A stretch of 64,000 bases of DNA from positions 752,841 through 816,840 of the forward strand of contig NMRA01000154.1 of the NCBI GenBank assembly GCA_002633005.1, given 5' to 3'. The stretch comes from Phoronis australis (taxonomy: Eukaryota > Animalia > Phoronida). Shown here piece after piece: positions 1 to 13,200 of the stretch. The notes below the pieces were generated by a model. That model ran no database searches. It was not told the DNA's origin and was given only the letters and a program-made list of their open reading frames with translations. A program made the translations under genes and the position numbers. Numbering within the stretch: position 1 is the first letter of the stretch; every line of letters begins with the position of its first letter.

Positions 1-129
1 CCCGTCCGTCGCATTCTGCCGACCTCACCACCAGGTGAAGCAATGCCCATGAATGCTAAATGATAAAAAGGGGCCTTTATAATACGGTGTGTTTTACCAC
101 ACATTTGAAAACCTGGCTTTCACTGGAGA

Positions 130-1280
130 CCCGTAGAATGTTGAAAAATGTATCTGAGGAATGGTGTGAATGTCAGTGCTTGTTGGTTTTCCCAGCATTG
201 CAGACAGACAATCTCTTCTACAAGGTATTACTGTAGCCAAGGCTGTTCAAAGCCCCTTCCATCCATTACACAGTCAAGCGAAGACTGCACTTGACAGGTG
301 CGTGAACCCCGTCCCTGCAACAGAAACTTATGGACTTCGTCCTAGACCTTTTCGCAATGCCTCCCACCAAAGACTTAGCAGGTGCTCGTGGACTGTCGCT
401 GCTGTTAACGCAACCATGGGTCTCATCAGCGAACACATGATCGCGCAAGATGCTGCTTGGCTGCCAGTACAAGAACTTGGTGAGGAACCGAATGTCATCA
501 TTGCTTTCAACAGGGAAGCTCGGGAATGGCCTCCTGGAGTAGCACAAGCATTGTGCCGTTAGCAATGGCGTGATCTTGGCGGTATTAATGCCATCATTGT
601 AGCAACTGATGAATCCTTCGATGGTGAAACTAATCGTGCGGGATGAGGTTATCAAATACGCTGTGCTAACAACATCATTGCGGAAGGTAGTGGCTGCCGC
701 CACCATGTATACACAAGCAGTACGCGGATGAAGTTTGAGGCTATACAACGTGCCCTAACCAAGCTGTCACTCCTAGACCTGTAGAATCACACCATTATCT
801 TTGCCACCGATTCCATGGCAGTGTTGATGAAAGTTCAATCTGGAAACCTCCCAGCCAACTGGGGTGTCTTCCGATCACGCCACCCTCGTCATGTAGTGAT
901 CTGGTCTTTCATACCTGGCCATGCCGGTGTCTTGATTAATGAGCGTGCAGATTACCTCCCTGGTTCATGCACCACCAACCAACCCCTCTACTTATATTCG
1001 GCTGACGTTAAGCTGCTGGCCCGCAAACACAACCTCGAGCAGACTGCATCCCAACTGGCTGAGTTCAATGATGGCAGCCGACTGCTCGAAGCCGGTATCA
1101 TTTATGGCCATGCTGCGAAGAGTCACAAGGAGAGCCGTGCCCGAGTGTTGTCAAATCAAATGCTTACAGGCAACGTCAGCCCTGGAGTTCTGCACCTTCT
1201 GCTGTCACGGGGATGGTCTGGGGAGGGGAATAATGCACCAGCACATCCCCAATGATCCTGTCCGTGACAGGTATTACAGG
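130..1280 (+). mobile_element. Decayed 3' fragment of an RNase H-containing non-LTR retrotransposon (I-group-like LINE)
   Basis: From 593 the + strand reads IIVATDESF..AG*GY..TSSTRMKFEAIQRAL..IIFATDSMAVL..WSFIPGHAGVLINERADYL. These match the RNase H motifs TDGS / E..AI..AL / TDS / W.PGH.G..GNE.AD, with stops and frameshifts. The upstream ORF (FPSIADRQ..K...PFHPLH) resembles the post-RT connection region. Confidence 0.8.
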
Positions 1281-1429
1281 TCAGTGCTTGTTTTGTCCTC
1301 TGATAGCAAGGTCAACTATGTAATCTTCTTTCCTTTGTTGTCTAAATGTTGGGCTTGCAATTACCTGACTAGTTGAAAATTACCTTGTTTTGTTATAAAA
1401 GAGTTTCTAAATTGCTTGGCAAAGGGGAA

Positions 1430-1590
1430 CTGCTGATTGGCTAAATGATTAGGACGCTTAACAATCAGGTGGTTGCTGGTTCAACACCAAGCTGAACCAA
1501 AAACGTAACATTAGTTTGATTCACATGTTGGAGCTTTCTATACCACAGAATAATGAGCATTATTCAGTGGGGGCAACTGGTTAAGAAGAA
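1430..1590 (+). mobile_element. Possible tRNA-derived SINE (degenerate)
   Basis: A-box-like TGGCTAAATGA (1438-1448) and B-box-like GGTTCAACACC (1478-1488) at tRNA-like spacing. No intact cloverleaf. Confidence 0.35.
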
Positions 1591-3055
1591 ATACTTCCGT
1601 TATCAAACTTTTTCTTCGAGCGGTCCCTCGTTCTGAGGTCCCAAAATCAGAAACTGGCCTTTTTTACACTGGGCACGCCAGTGGATATGATGTCATACCA
1701 CGTGCCGTGCACAGTATTAAAAATGGTGAGTTTCTGCTAGAAGAAAAAGTTTGATAACGGGAGTATTTCTTCGAGTTGGAAGGAATTAAATACATCGAAG
1801 GCCTCCGTCCCTCTATTCGCAAAAGGTATTTATAACAACATGACTTTGATGTTTTGGTCAATGTGAGGCATAATTCGCCGAAAACCTTCCGGCGTATGAA
1901 GCTGCAGTAGGAGCCACACCATTCTTGTATTACTGCACTGTTACAACACCATCCAGAGCAGAGACAGAGGTCATTGCCACTGTCTAGACAAGTCGGTGTC
2001 GGCAGGTTGAAACAACTGAAACAACCAATCAACTCTATGTGGTCCACTGTTTTGCCATGCATAATTAGGAACACTGTTTCTCAATTAAAAAACACAAAAC
2101 AATGGTTTTCAAAGTTAGCGCTGCTGTGCATGGGGATATGGGGTTCAAAAAAAAGTCAAGACTCAAGAAAACAAAGACCACTCACGTTCTCTCTACTTTT
2201 GTTGTGTTCGAGGAATAAATATCTTCTAAAGAACTCAGATACTTGTCTTCGTGTTTATCCCTGCAAAATACAAATACAAAATAGTTCAGATATTCGTCAG
2301 TTGATGTCGCATATGACACAAAAACGATTTCCTTGGCTTGGTATTGTGTATCACAAACATACCTTTCTTCCATGTTGAAACTGCTTTGAACCTTCAACAC
2401 CGGAGAGCTCCCAAACATGTTGTCAAAGACACTGTCACGTCATCTTTAGGCAAACTAAAACAATACCTGATGCCATAATTTTGAGTCCAGAGACCGTCGA
2501 TAAGAGTGGATAGTTGTGACGTGGTGATATATTTTAACGATTTCGCCCCGCTTAGCTGGCTTAAAAAACAAATTAGGTCTTTTAATCTCTTAACATTCCT
2601 TACCGTGACAAGATGTATTTCCAAATATCTCAGTGCGCAACTAAGCGCCGTTTTGCCTTTTGAATTCGATATTTTAGGGTTAGCCAATCCAAAACACTCT
2701 AAAACGTTTTCTTAAGTCGCTGATGGTTTCAACGTTTTTATTGGATTCGGAAATTGTCGATTCTATCATAGTAAGGAGTATGAGACCGATTTTAAAAGAA
2801 CAAAATGGCTTAATTCGATTTTCGTTTTCTACCCCATAGCGATCGAAATAGACGGGAGGGAAGACCATGACGTAATTAGCTCTAGGCTTACGACGTTGAA
2901 ACAAGGGGAAACTCTAGCTGTATAGGCCTACATTTAGTTATATTGATGTCATTGGTAAAAACATACATTGTTGTTTTAACAAACGCTGCTACTGCCCGGG
3001 GTACTATTCTAAGCCTGGCGCCTCGCATTTCAAGAATGAGTCTGCACTGGATAAA

Positions 3056-3199
3056 CATGGGCGGCACAACACTGAAAAAAGTGGGGGGCTAGAGCCCCCT
3101 CAGCCCCCCTGAAGTGCACCTTCTCTAGACCATGTGCGGCGTAGCATTGAAAAAAGTGGGGGCAATAGCCCCCCAGCCGCCTATGGTGCGCCGCTCATG
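3056..3199. mobile_element. Short dimeric MITE-like element (CATGGGCGG...CCGCTCATG termini)
   Basis: Two ~70-bp head-to-tail units. Clearly homologous to 42824-42966. Confidence 0.65.
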
Positions 3200-5664
3200 A
3201 CACTTCTGGATAAACGAAACTGTGATGCAATAAACGGGGTGTGTTATAATCGCAATGCAAAAATTAAAAACCTCAAAAATGGAAGGATCTTTGGAAGCCC
3301 ACAATATCGTGTTGAAGCGGATGATGGCCGTGGAGGGGCGCACGCCGATACAGAGACCTAAAACTTGCCTGCCGAGGACTTACAACTTCATAAGTAGGTT
3401 GTTAAGTCTCAAATCACTCCAACACTGCACATGAAAAACGATGAAGTAACTAAAAATAGTGTGGCTGCAATTTGAGTGTTTAGTGTGTAAATATTCCGCT
3501 ACCCGACCCGTGGTTTGAACTCCTCACATGCCCAAAATGCTTGACTAGGTCAGATACAATGTGGGACGTGACGCTTAGACGAGTATTTTTTACCAGTTTT
3601 CTTAGTTTGGCCTTGTGCAAAAGTGGCTTTCACGACAAAGTGAGACTTAGAACGGTACAAACGGATCATTTCACGTCAGTACTCAACAGAATGGTTCACC
3701 TTTTATTAAGGTTGATTAAAAGGTCATAAAAGTCGCTAACGATTACATAAATTGCATAAAACACGGCATGATTTATGTCGATATAAAAAATTTACGCCCA
3801 CGGAAACCCTCCAGGAGCATTAAAGACCAGGTCACCGAAATTGTCGAATCTATCACGCTTCCCCTCCGACAGGGGGCCCTTTAAATGAAAGGGTACTACA
3901 TCGGGTACCTCTAGGAGAGGGCCCCTAAACATGAAACCATGTTACAGTATAGAAACTTAGCGATACGTTGCTGTAATCTAAGCGTTACTCTCATTCACGG
4001 GGCTCAATACTATACATGTAAAACAATTCGTAATTTAAAAAACGAAAAAGGGAGGTAGTTAATTCCACCATTAGTTGCAAGAGAGGGTACACTGGGGCAA
4101 CGGAGCTTTTATTTTCTAAAACTTGCCCCTAGACCCCGTTTGAGCCATTGAATGTAAATGAGCAAGACACTCACGATAATTAATGTCTTGTTCAACATCA
4201 TAGCATTCCCCGCAACAACTTCTTCGTTATCACTGCCTGAAAAGTTGGGCGACTCCGCTTCCTACGTCTACATACGTATAGTACGTAAGATTGCTGCTGG
4301 ATTAGGATACCGGCACCAATTGGCAGAGTGGACTCGACATAGGAACGAGCATTCGCAACAGGTCATCATTTTCTAGAGATTTCCTTCATAACCACGCTCA
4401 CCTGCAGGAGGTACTTCCAACTGTTTTTTAAGACATTAACGTTACGTGGACACATTAAAAGTATGGAAAAATACCAGATACGGTATTTGAGCATTTTTAT
4501 CAAAGTTTTACAGAAAATTTAGGGAAATGATGGTGTAAGGTCTTTCTCCATATTAATGTCCCTTTCAAAAAAGTAACATTTTGTCTAAAATGCAAGGTCA
4601 CGTGACCATGAGACTGTCACAATGTTGTGAATGATCTGCTTCGATTCCTATAACTTCATAAATTGACAGTCGCTAGTTACTTAGATATTTCAAGAAAAAG
4701 ACAGTGCACATTAATTAGGGGTTCACGTAACATTAAGCCTGAAAATAGACATACATGTAGATTGTGGCTTGAAACGGTATGATTAGAGATGCCATATTGT
4801 AAAATATAGGTTCATCTTTTTCAACCTAAATTTTAAAAAATAAATTGCATCACGTTACGTAAGACTTTGTCGACAAGTCTATGTATTTAACCAGATATAG
4901 AAAACTAGATTTTAATTCAGAAAAACCATTTATTTTCTGATAGTAGACAATTTACAGATTCTGATTGTTTTTAACGTTTTCAATAGATTTAGCACAAAAT
5001 TTACATTCACAGCAAAACAGCAATATCAAGGACATGACAAAATTTCATCTCGCATAAATATTCAGCGTGAAATCGCAAGAACGCTGTTACAGTTTTCTAT
5101 TTGATCATTTCCTTTTCGTTTTATGCAACTTTTGAGTTTTTCCATAAAAATCGTAAAATTTCTATGCTTTCATAGGCCTTTAATAGGCAACTTATTTAGA
5201 GAAGGCACCCTTCAGGAGGGAAATTTGTCGAAAAAGGCACCGTTTCCATAGGAAAATCGGTCGTGAAAAAAACACGAAGTACTGAACGGCACGTCCCACA
5301 TACTCCATCTGCTCGACAGGTCCCGTAGACCTCATCGATGGGGGAAGTCCCGGGACGTTACCCATCTTAGTTTTACGTCCCGTACTGTAAAATCTCAACA
5401 AATTCATACTAAAATAATTGCCAAAAATACCCTTTCTTTATTTTTCAAGGTCTTCTAACATAATTATTGTATTCTAAATTGGTGAGATTCTATCGTATTC
5501 CTTTTCACCCCCGCCCCCTGGTGTTGGCTTACACAGTTATAAACTCAGTGTATGTGAAGTGGTTACCAAAAGCAGAAAAACGATGGGCATGTATACTAAA
5601 ATTTCTTTGATTTCTTTGCTTTTACTAATCTATGCCAATTTATATCGTTTCTTCCAGGACATCT

Positions 5665-5730
5665 GTTCCGACTGCATCAAACAGTAACAAATAGGGACTC
5701 AACTTTGTCCCCGAGATCTTCTTTGTATTT
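5665..5730. repeat. Fragment of the TIR family seen at 63524-63942
   Basis: aaacagtaacaaatagggactcaactttgtccc matches the TIR aaacagtcccaaatagggactcaactaagttccc. Confidence 0.5.
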
Positions 5731-6149
5731 GACTTTCTTTAACCACAGTTGTTATTTTCATATTTTTTCTATTATTTTATCTAGTACTACGCGGTCATAC
5801 TGCGGCTCAGACGAGGGACTTGTTCAAGGCCAGATTCCTTACGAGAGCTTACTTTTTACGTTAGAACTCAATAAAACGGTTGATTTTTGAACCAGAACTC
5901 TACAGAAGGGTTTCATATTTTATCAAGGTTTCTTGAGTGAAAAATATAAAGGCACGTTCAGATTTTTATTGTATTTGTACGAATGAGCGTTGTTGTCATT
6001 GTTCGTTCATGGAGTAATGGATTTCTGCAAGGCCGGTCAAAAATGTCAGACCATGAATGATACAGTACGGTCTACCAAGGTCTTTGAACGGGTGGTTGCT
6101 TAAAGGAGTTTTAATATGTGAGAAAAAAATCGTGAAGAAATTACCACGA

Positions 6150-7000
6150 CGATGCTTGTTAACTCAGTCGAAGCAGGGATGACTCGAGCTCAGTTGGAGC
6201 GCTACTTGCTATAAAGGGGGCATAAAAATAATGTAGAGGGCAGCGAAAATAGGTCGCAACGGGAAGGGTGGCGCATTTCCTCGCAGTTTGCGGGTGATGT
6301 TGAGACAGACTTGCCCCAGTGGACTTAAAAGGATTTGCCATAAACACGTAACCCCCCAGGCACACCCCACTGACACATTTCGCTCCGAACGCCAGTCTCT
6401 CTGATGAACCCACTCAATCCTGTGAATGCGAAAGGCTAAAAAATTGACGATGGGGATTTTCAGTTTGCATGACAGGGTGGATCACTAGATCTACGTCCAG
6501 GACACTTTTAATTTATTTGTCTCTTGACAAATGATACAGGTATTTTTTCTCGATGACTGGAACTCATTGAAAGTCGTCCTGCAGTCATGTATCGACGTAA
6601 CAACCGACCAGGGACACTTTCACGGGATCAAAATTTAACGCTGCATCGGCTGAGAACGACTCAGAGCTTTTATGGAATCCCTGACGACAACCGTCGGTAG
6701 CGACACATACACCGTCCATCGTAGCCGCACTGCACGCAACAACATGTCTCACGTTATCGCTCGCCGCTGCCTAATCGTAACAAATTAACGTCACTTTGAC
6801 AATTCGAAATCCCGAGTGAGGAAGCAAGTGCACCACCAATTACGTAACGCAAGTCGTTTTCTTTTCTGATCACTCCAAAATCGTTGAATATTGAGTGTGC
6901 GGTCCATTACAGGCTTTTGTTCAGCGCTATGTAGGACTCGTGTGACGTCACTGCTATGACTACCGTGCCGTTTTCTCTGGCAAACCCGGGTTATTTTCGC
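6150..7000 (+). promoter_or_regulatory. Putative CpG-rich promoter of the NCX gene (CRE, D-box/PAR-bZIP, CCAAT)
   Basis: Visibly CpG-dense compared with downstream sequence. Palindromic CRE GTGACGTCAC at 6942-6951, CCAAT at 6836-6840 overlapping ATTACGTAAC at 6839-6848, followed by a consensus donor at 7281. Confidence 0.45.
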
Positions 7001-7280
7001 TCGATCAATACACCCCATTGTGGCGATCTGCAGTTGCCAGGTTTTCACCAAACTCGACGGACGGCTATTCACGTGCGATGTTGATTTTGATTTGTGCCAA
7101 TTATTTAGCGTTCAATGACAATTGAGTCGTGTATGAATCGGACCTTAACATATATGTAATTCGAACTCGCGCTGTGGGCCTTTACCTCCTAGCAAAACGT
7201 TATGGCCTCGAAGATTTTCACCACGAAACCAAAAGTTTGTTAGTGGAAGTTCAAAAATTTTATCTGTCTAAGCCTCTAAG
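7000..7280 (+). other. Candidate non-coding first exon (5' UTR) of the NCX gene; start uncertain
   Basis: Consensus donor AAG|GTAAGT at 7280/7281, at the edge of the CpG-rich region. The first coding exon has its own acceptor (21860-21861), so an upstream exon is required. Confidence 0.4.
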
Positions 7281-10200
7281 GTAAGTTATACGATGCTGAG
7301 GTATCCGAGTGAATGACGACTTGCTTCTAAATGGGTTTAAAAGAGCTTAACTTTAAGTTGTTCGTATTTTTTCACAGTAGGCCTAATGGACTACAGAAAT
7401 GTTAAAGATGACAAGGCCTACGATGCTCTAAGACTAAGGAGTTAGTACGGTATTGTCAAGAACTCTGACCCAAATGTGCGTTTGTGTTGTAAAAGACTGG
7501 ACGGTTTAGTTGTTGTAAATTTATTCAAATGTAGTCGGCATATAGTCTGTCAAGTATTTTTAGTAAATACAACGCAGATCTTTATTGATATGCTATGTGT
7601 ATGTTGAGGGATTAAAGTGTTTGCACTGGCAATGGTTTTCAAACAAGCTAAGTTTACTGTCGCAAGAAGTTGGGTAGACATTTCTTTTATGTTACAGAAG
7701 ACACTGTTAGTATTAAGGTGTAGGAAAAGGCTTCGTTATATACTCTATCCCTAACATTTATTACAAATTCATTCTTTATCTTGGGGAAATATTGCACAAT
7801 TAGAAGTGGTTTTGATTATTTCATTATAAGCCTGTCAATCAAATCTGCTTAGCCTGTAATCTCATTAAGAGGAATTTAATTGCACCAGCTATAACATCAA
7901 TGTGACAAAACTCTGAAGTAACATCCTTTGATTTCTATTATGAAAAATGTTGAAAACCTTACGGTTGATTTGGCTACATAAAGAAATGGTATTCGACAGT
8001 AGTTTTCAAAACCTTAAGGATGTTTAGTCTGGGATTATTTTCTCGTGAGCTATGGTTTTTTCGATGAGAATTACTAAATCCGCTCTCATCACAGCAGAAT
8101 TTCTTCAGAATATTTGACAACTAGAGTTAACTGGCTAACAATACAGTGAGCTTTTGAAAAATTGAAAAAAATACAATTTTGACAATTCTTTGTGTTGAAA
8201 TTTTGGGAAACTTTATTATGGCAAAAATCTAAAGAAACCAAATTTCGATTGAGGCCAGTTGCCCTGTAGTAAAACTTGTGTCAACTTGTTTCTAACTCAG
8301 ATGAGAACTGACTTCTGTTTGTTATTGCTCGAGACCGTGCTCAGGGAATACATTCATTAGCCATGACAACTAAGCTTAACTAGAGCCTTGTCTCAACTGA
8401 ACAATAATAATCTACCACTTCTTTCCATGTCCAAAAATTTCCTGTTTTATTGACCTTAAGGAACACTTTGAAACCAATTTGATAATAATGAGAGGTCTGT
8501 AAATCAAAAAGTGTTTTTATACGGAGCTTTAATCTTTCAGTTTCAGTAGTGTTGTTAAGATACCTAGGACTTGAGAGATCACATGATTTCACCAAGTCAG
8601 TATTTACTGCATGTTTCCTACATGTTAGCGAGTGGATCCATGTAGCATTAGATATGTTTGGCTTGAGGATGGTGCATATTAATTTGTTGGCACCCATACC
8701 TGGGACATTTACATGAGAGAGAACTGTCACAGAGCAACTAACACTGAACAGCAGATTGGATGCAGGTGTGTGTGTGTGTGAACTAGAAGCAGGTTGACAC
8801 CACAGCGGCCATTTTTGAATCCGGTTTTAGAACTAGAGTGAGTTGGACTTGATCAGTTTCTCTAGTTTGAACTACACGTCTAAAACACAACTGGGGCAGG
8901 GCGGAAAGGGATCATCTTTCAATAGACTCGCCGATCGAATAGCACATACACAGGTGATCCACTGGAAACCCATGTGGTTTGGACGTTCATTTATGTTTAT
9001 GCGAGCATGCGCAGACAGTCTTCATGTGACTTGTGCTGATCCAGTTTACGATCTAATGTTGTGTAAATGCGACCAAAGTGGAGCAAGTAGCGTTGCGACA
9101 ACAGACATGGTGACAACTGTCTCTGGTGTAGAAGCGGCTAAGCACATCTGGCTAGAGGGCTACTCGTGCTTGAAAAATTTGAATCATAAGTTATTTTGCA
9201 TCCTAACTACACAATACCTGAAAATACAACTGTGATAACGGAACGTAATAATGTGTACATATACATACATGTATAGATTTATGTTTACATCTGTATACAA
9301 TTTGTCATTGCTTCAAAACACCTCTGTATCATTTTGTGAACTTGGTAAATTGTAAGAACTTTAATTCTTCCTCTAGAATCCTGAGTGTTGTGGTCTATGC
9401 TATTGTTACATCATTGACTAGACATGCAGACCTTTGGGTTTTGACTGAAATGTTTACCTAGATGAAAGCCTTAAACCTGGGGCTGTTATTATTTGTCAAC
9501 TTAAACTAGTGAAAGGAGCACAAATGACCATTCTTCCTTGGTCAATTTGTTTACCACAACTATTGAGTGTTAACTACAGGATCTCAATAGACAAACAAAC
9601 TTTGAGGTTGCTTTCCATGTGGTTGAAGGTTTGTGCATGTTGAATGTTACAGGTCTGTATATCAGAGTAATTTTCCTTCTTCTCTAGACAACACCAGGAG
9701 TCACTCCTTCATAGGATTTTCTTCTGAGATGCATTTAAATGAGGCACATTTGACATTGAGCAGTTGACCCGAACTGCTGATCGGGCGCAAGTTTTCATTT
9801 GTACGTGCATGTTCAAACAAGACTGGCTTGATGACATTTTTGACACCGGTTTGAGAGGTAGCAAGTTGCACTCAAACAGTTTCTCTAGTGTCAACTACAC
9901 AGTCTAAACCTAGGGCAGGGCTGATGGGGTAAATGGCTCTAGATGCACCATCTTCTTTTGTATTAGGGATTTCTAGATGGTTGAATGTTCATCCCATTAG
10001 GCCTGCAATGAGATATGTCAACTTGTCATGAATAAGTGCACCATTTGCTATAAAAAATTTAAAAATATAGATATGGTATAAAAACTTGTGCAGAATGAAG
10101 TTGGAAAAAGGAACCTTTTGTAGAATTTTGATGTCTGACAGAGAACCCTTGTGTAATGGGACTGTTGTCAGAAAAGACACTCTCGAAGGGATTACTTGTA

Positions 10201-13200
10201 AGAAAAGAAAATTTCGTAGAAAGTTCTGTTGGAAGAGCCTCCTTCCATAGGCAAACTGGCTATCAAAAAATGACCCATCTAAGCAACACACTGTAGCTAG
10301 CTCTTTTATGAGAGTACCTTGGTGACAACGGTACTGATCAGTCTGAAATGTAATAACCCTTGGCTTGTTGTGCATCTTTCCTTAATGTACAATCAGCACA
10401 AATGTATCCGATGACAGAAATGCAATCCCTCTGTGGTGATTGCAACTGAGCATGGCAAAGTGCAAAAAAAACAAACAAACAAGACAATGCTACATTGACC
10501 TATGCACTTTTCATTGATGATGGCAAACAAAGATTTTTTTGCCAGCTGTTCCAGCCAAGTGGAGTGTTTTTATTTATGATGGCATGTGATTTTCAAAACT
10601 GTTTTTTCTGCAAAGACAGGGCTCTGCGCTTAAAGCATAACTTCAATACTCCAAATGAAACCCCTGGCAAAGTTCCCAGGTCGCCAGTTGAGAACTGAGG
10701 TCGCCAAACAACGAAAGGGTTTGCGAATTGCGAAAGGTCTTGTTTTTTATTCATCTTTAGACAAATGGAAAATTAGGAGCGTCTCGCATGCTTGCAGACT
10801 CTTCTAACTAAAACAGAAGCAGATGATGGACACACATTGCCTTGGTACCTTTGGCTCGATCATGATTTTCCTTTCCGATTTTTGCTTAACGATTCAGACC
10901 TCCACTTCCTATAACATTTTGAATACATGAACAATCATATTACACCCTCAAGTTTAATTGTTACATAATTACAATTGTGAACAGACAGACATCATTTGAC
11001 AGTCGCCAGATGACTCCCCTGAATGTTTTGATGAGTCTAGGTTGGCCAGATCAGCATTGGGAAAATCATAGACATACAAGCAGTGCTCGAAAATTTTAAA
11101 CTTGTCTGATGGAATTATATAGTGATTGCTTATTTTTAATGCTGACTGTATTGATAATCTCACCGGCAATCATAAATGCCCCCTATGGCCATATGCAGTA
11201 TTCATCCACAAACTCATGGAGTGGCCGGAAGCTTTTAAGGATGGGATATTGCTAGATAAGAATTTTGGTAAGCATCTTCAAGTGAGAATTGAAAAGTTTT
11301 AACTATCAAACCATCATCCTGATGTTAACAGAAATTTGTTCATAATTCATTTAACTAATTAGATTTCACTTGATTTCATTCTGTTTGTGCTGTGCATTAT
11401 TGATGTGATAGGCTGTGGTAACCACGCTGGGAATTGATCAAAAACAAGAGAGAATAACACTTATAGCTGGGCTCATGCATACCAAAATGAAACTATGCAT
11501 AGAGTTTAAGGTTTCAAGCGAAAGTCCAATTCTTATGATTTTCGCTTCCTAGTAACGTATCCACTATTATTGATGAGACAAATCGATAATTCCCTTAAGT
11601 GGCCAGTGTTTAGTTCGTTACCTGAAACATCACAGGTAAATGGGGTTTTCACTGAAAGATGAAATTATACCCTCCTGTGATCATGTAAAAAGCTGCGTTT
11701 TGTTGAATTGTAAGCAATACCCATAATTCCCCCAACATTCTCAGATTCAACTCTTGTCTGTGGCAGCGGTTAAGAACTAGGTTTAACTTACTTTTTGAAA
11801 GGCTAATTTCACTAACACATTTTCCTTTTAGTGAAATTTTATTCTATTGTAACTCCAAAGCAACTCACTTACCTTTCTCACTAACTCCTGGTGGTGACAT
11901 CGGAGTTACCATGGTTTTAGAAGTAGGCACCAGACGGCATAGATGAGTTGCACTCTCAATCAAATACGACATGTTCTTTGTGGCGACCACTAGCAATGAC
12001 TCATCCCGCTGCAGGGGAATTGCACATCTTCACAGATTAATCCTCCTTAAGTTAGAGAGGAGTTGTGGCTGTTTCTAAATCCTGAAACTATGCTTTCCCA
12101 CTGACCGAAACTCTGTAGATCAGTTGTGGCATTGATGAGAAAGCAACATTGAGGGTGATCAGGCAAGCCAGACATTAGTAAAGAATTATATTTATCACGT
12201 CTCGCTCATCTTTTCTCGTCATGTATTTGATGCTTCCATTGCATATGTATGCATTAGTGAAATTTTATTGGCATTGGAATAATAAATGACATGCTATCTC
12301 ATTTCAAATGATTAGCACAGTAATTAATTTTGCACATAGTGAAGCTGTTAGTGCTCTGCATATGCACGGCATTGTGGGTAACTACTGCAGAACCAGAGGT
12401 GACTGTTGTGTTGGCAAAGTGGCTGTTGTCATGGTGATCAGTCTTATTTACCAAGCAAGAATCTAAGTAGAACTTCACAATTTTAAACCGCAGTGTGAAT
12501 GAATTGGCATTAACTTTGAGATTCAGTTTTATTATGCAATTCACTTATAGAAATTATGAAGAAAAAATCCTGAATAAATGAAAAACATGTGGCTGGTCTT
12601 TGATGTGCTCATTAAACTTGATGGCTCTGGGATTACCTGTACCTTAGGCGCAACGATACAGTTCAATAACCTCATTCAAGATCTCTCCAAATTTCAATCT
12701 GTAAGCTTCATCTCCTTAGGCAGTGAAGGTGGGTCTCTCATTTACCGTAAGTGCTGTATTAGGAGTTCAATCTGTTTTGAATCAATTAGCGATTTACTCC
12801 TGATTTGTGGATTGCATAAGTGTATGGGAAAACTCTGGTGCGAAACGTGATTTAGTTCTTTAATGACTTTCCAGTGGTAGCAAATTTTTGACGGGAGTTT
12901 TAGTCCGAAATTGTGAGACTGTTGTTGAACTGCGTGTCTAATTTCTTATCTTTTTCATGAGTAAACGTAATTTCTAGCCTACTCACTTGGTTGCTCAATG
13001 CAACATACTCTACTCTGTGCAGGCCCGGGTGAAATGTCCAAAGTTAAGTATTTACGTCAAACTCCGTTTTTTTTGTGTTTTTATAGTTACCTAAAAACCC
13101 TGCGTTACATGAAGGCAAATCTCATGCTAACGGGATTGGCACTGAAGTGGACAAGAACGTGTGCAGTGCTTACCCCCAGGGTAGCCGGCGCATTCCTGGG

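Noticed and set aside
1664-2378. ORFs of 134-136 aa, including a YYC motif on the + strand
   Set aside because: No coherent domain, multiple stops in the candidate frame, and no exon boundaries.
3495-3585. tRNA gene on the minus strand (B-box-like GAGTTCAAACC)
   Set aside because: No cloverleaf or acceptor stem. At most a decayed SINE head.
9989-10375. 128-aa minus-strand ORF or possible decayed coding sequence
   Set aside because: No recognisable motif or splice context, and the opposite-strand frame is full of stops. It cannot be assigned.
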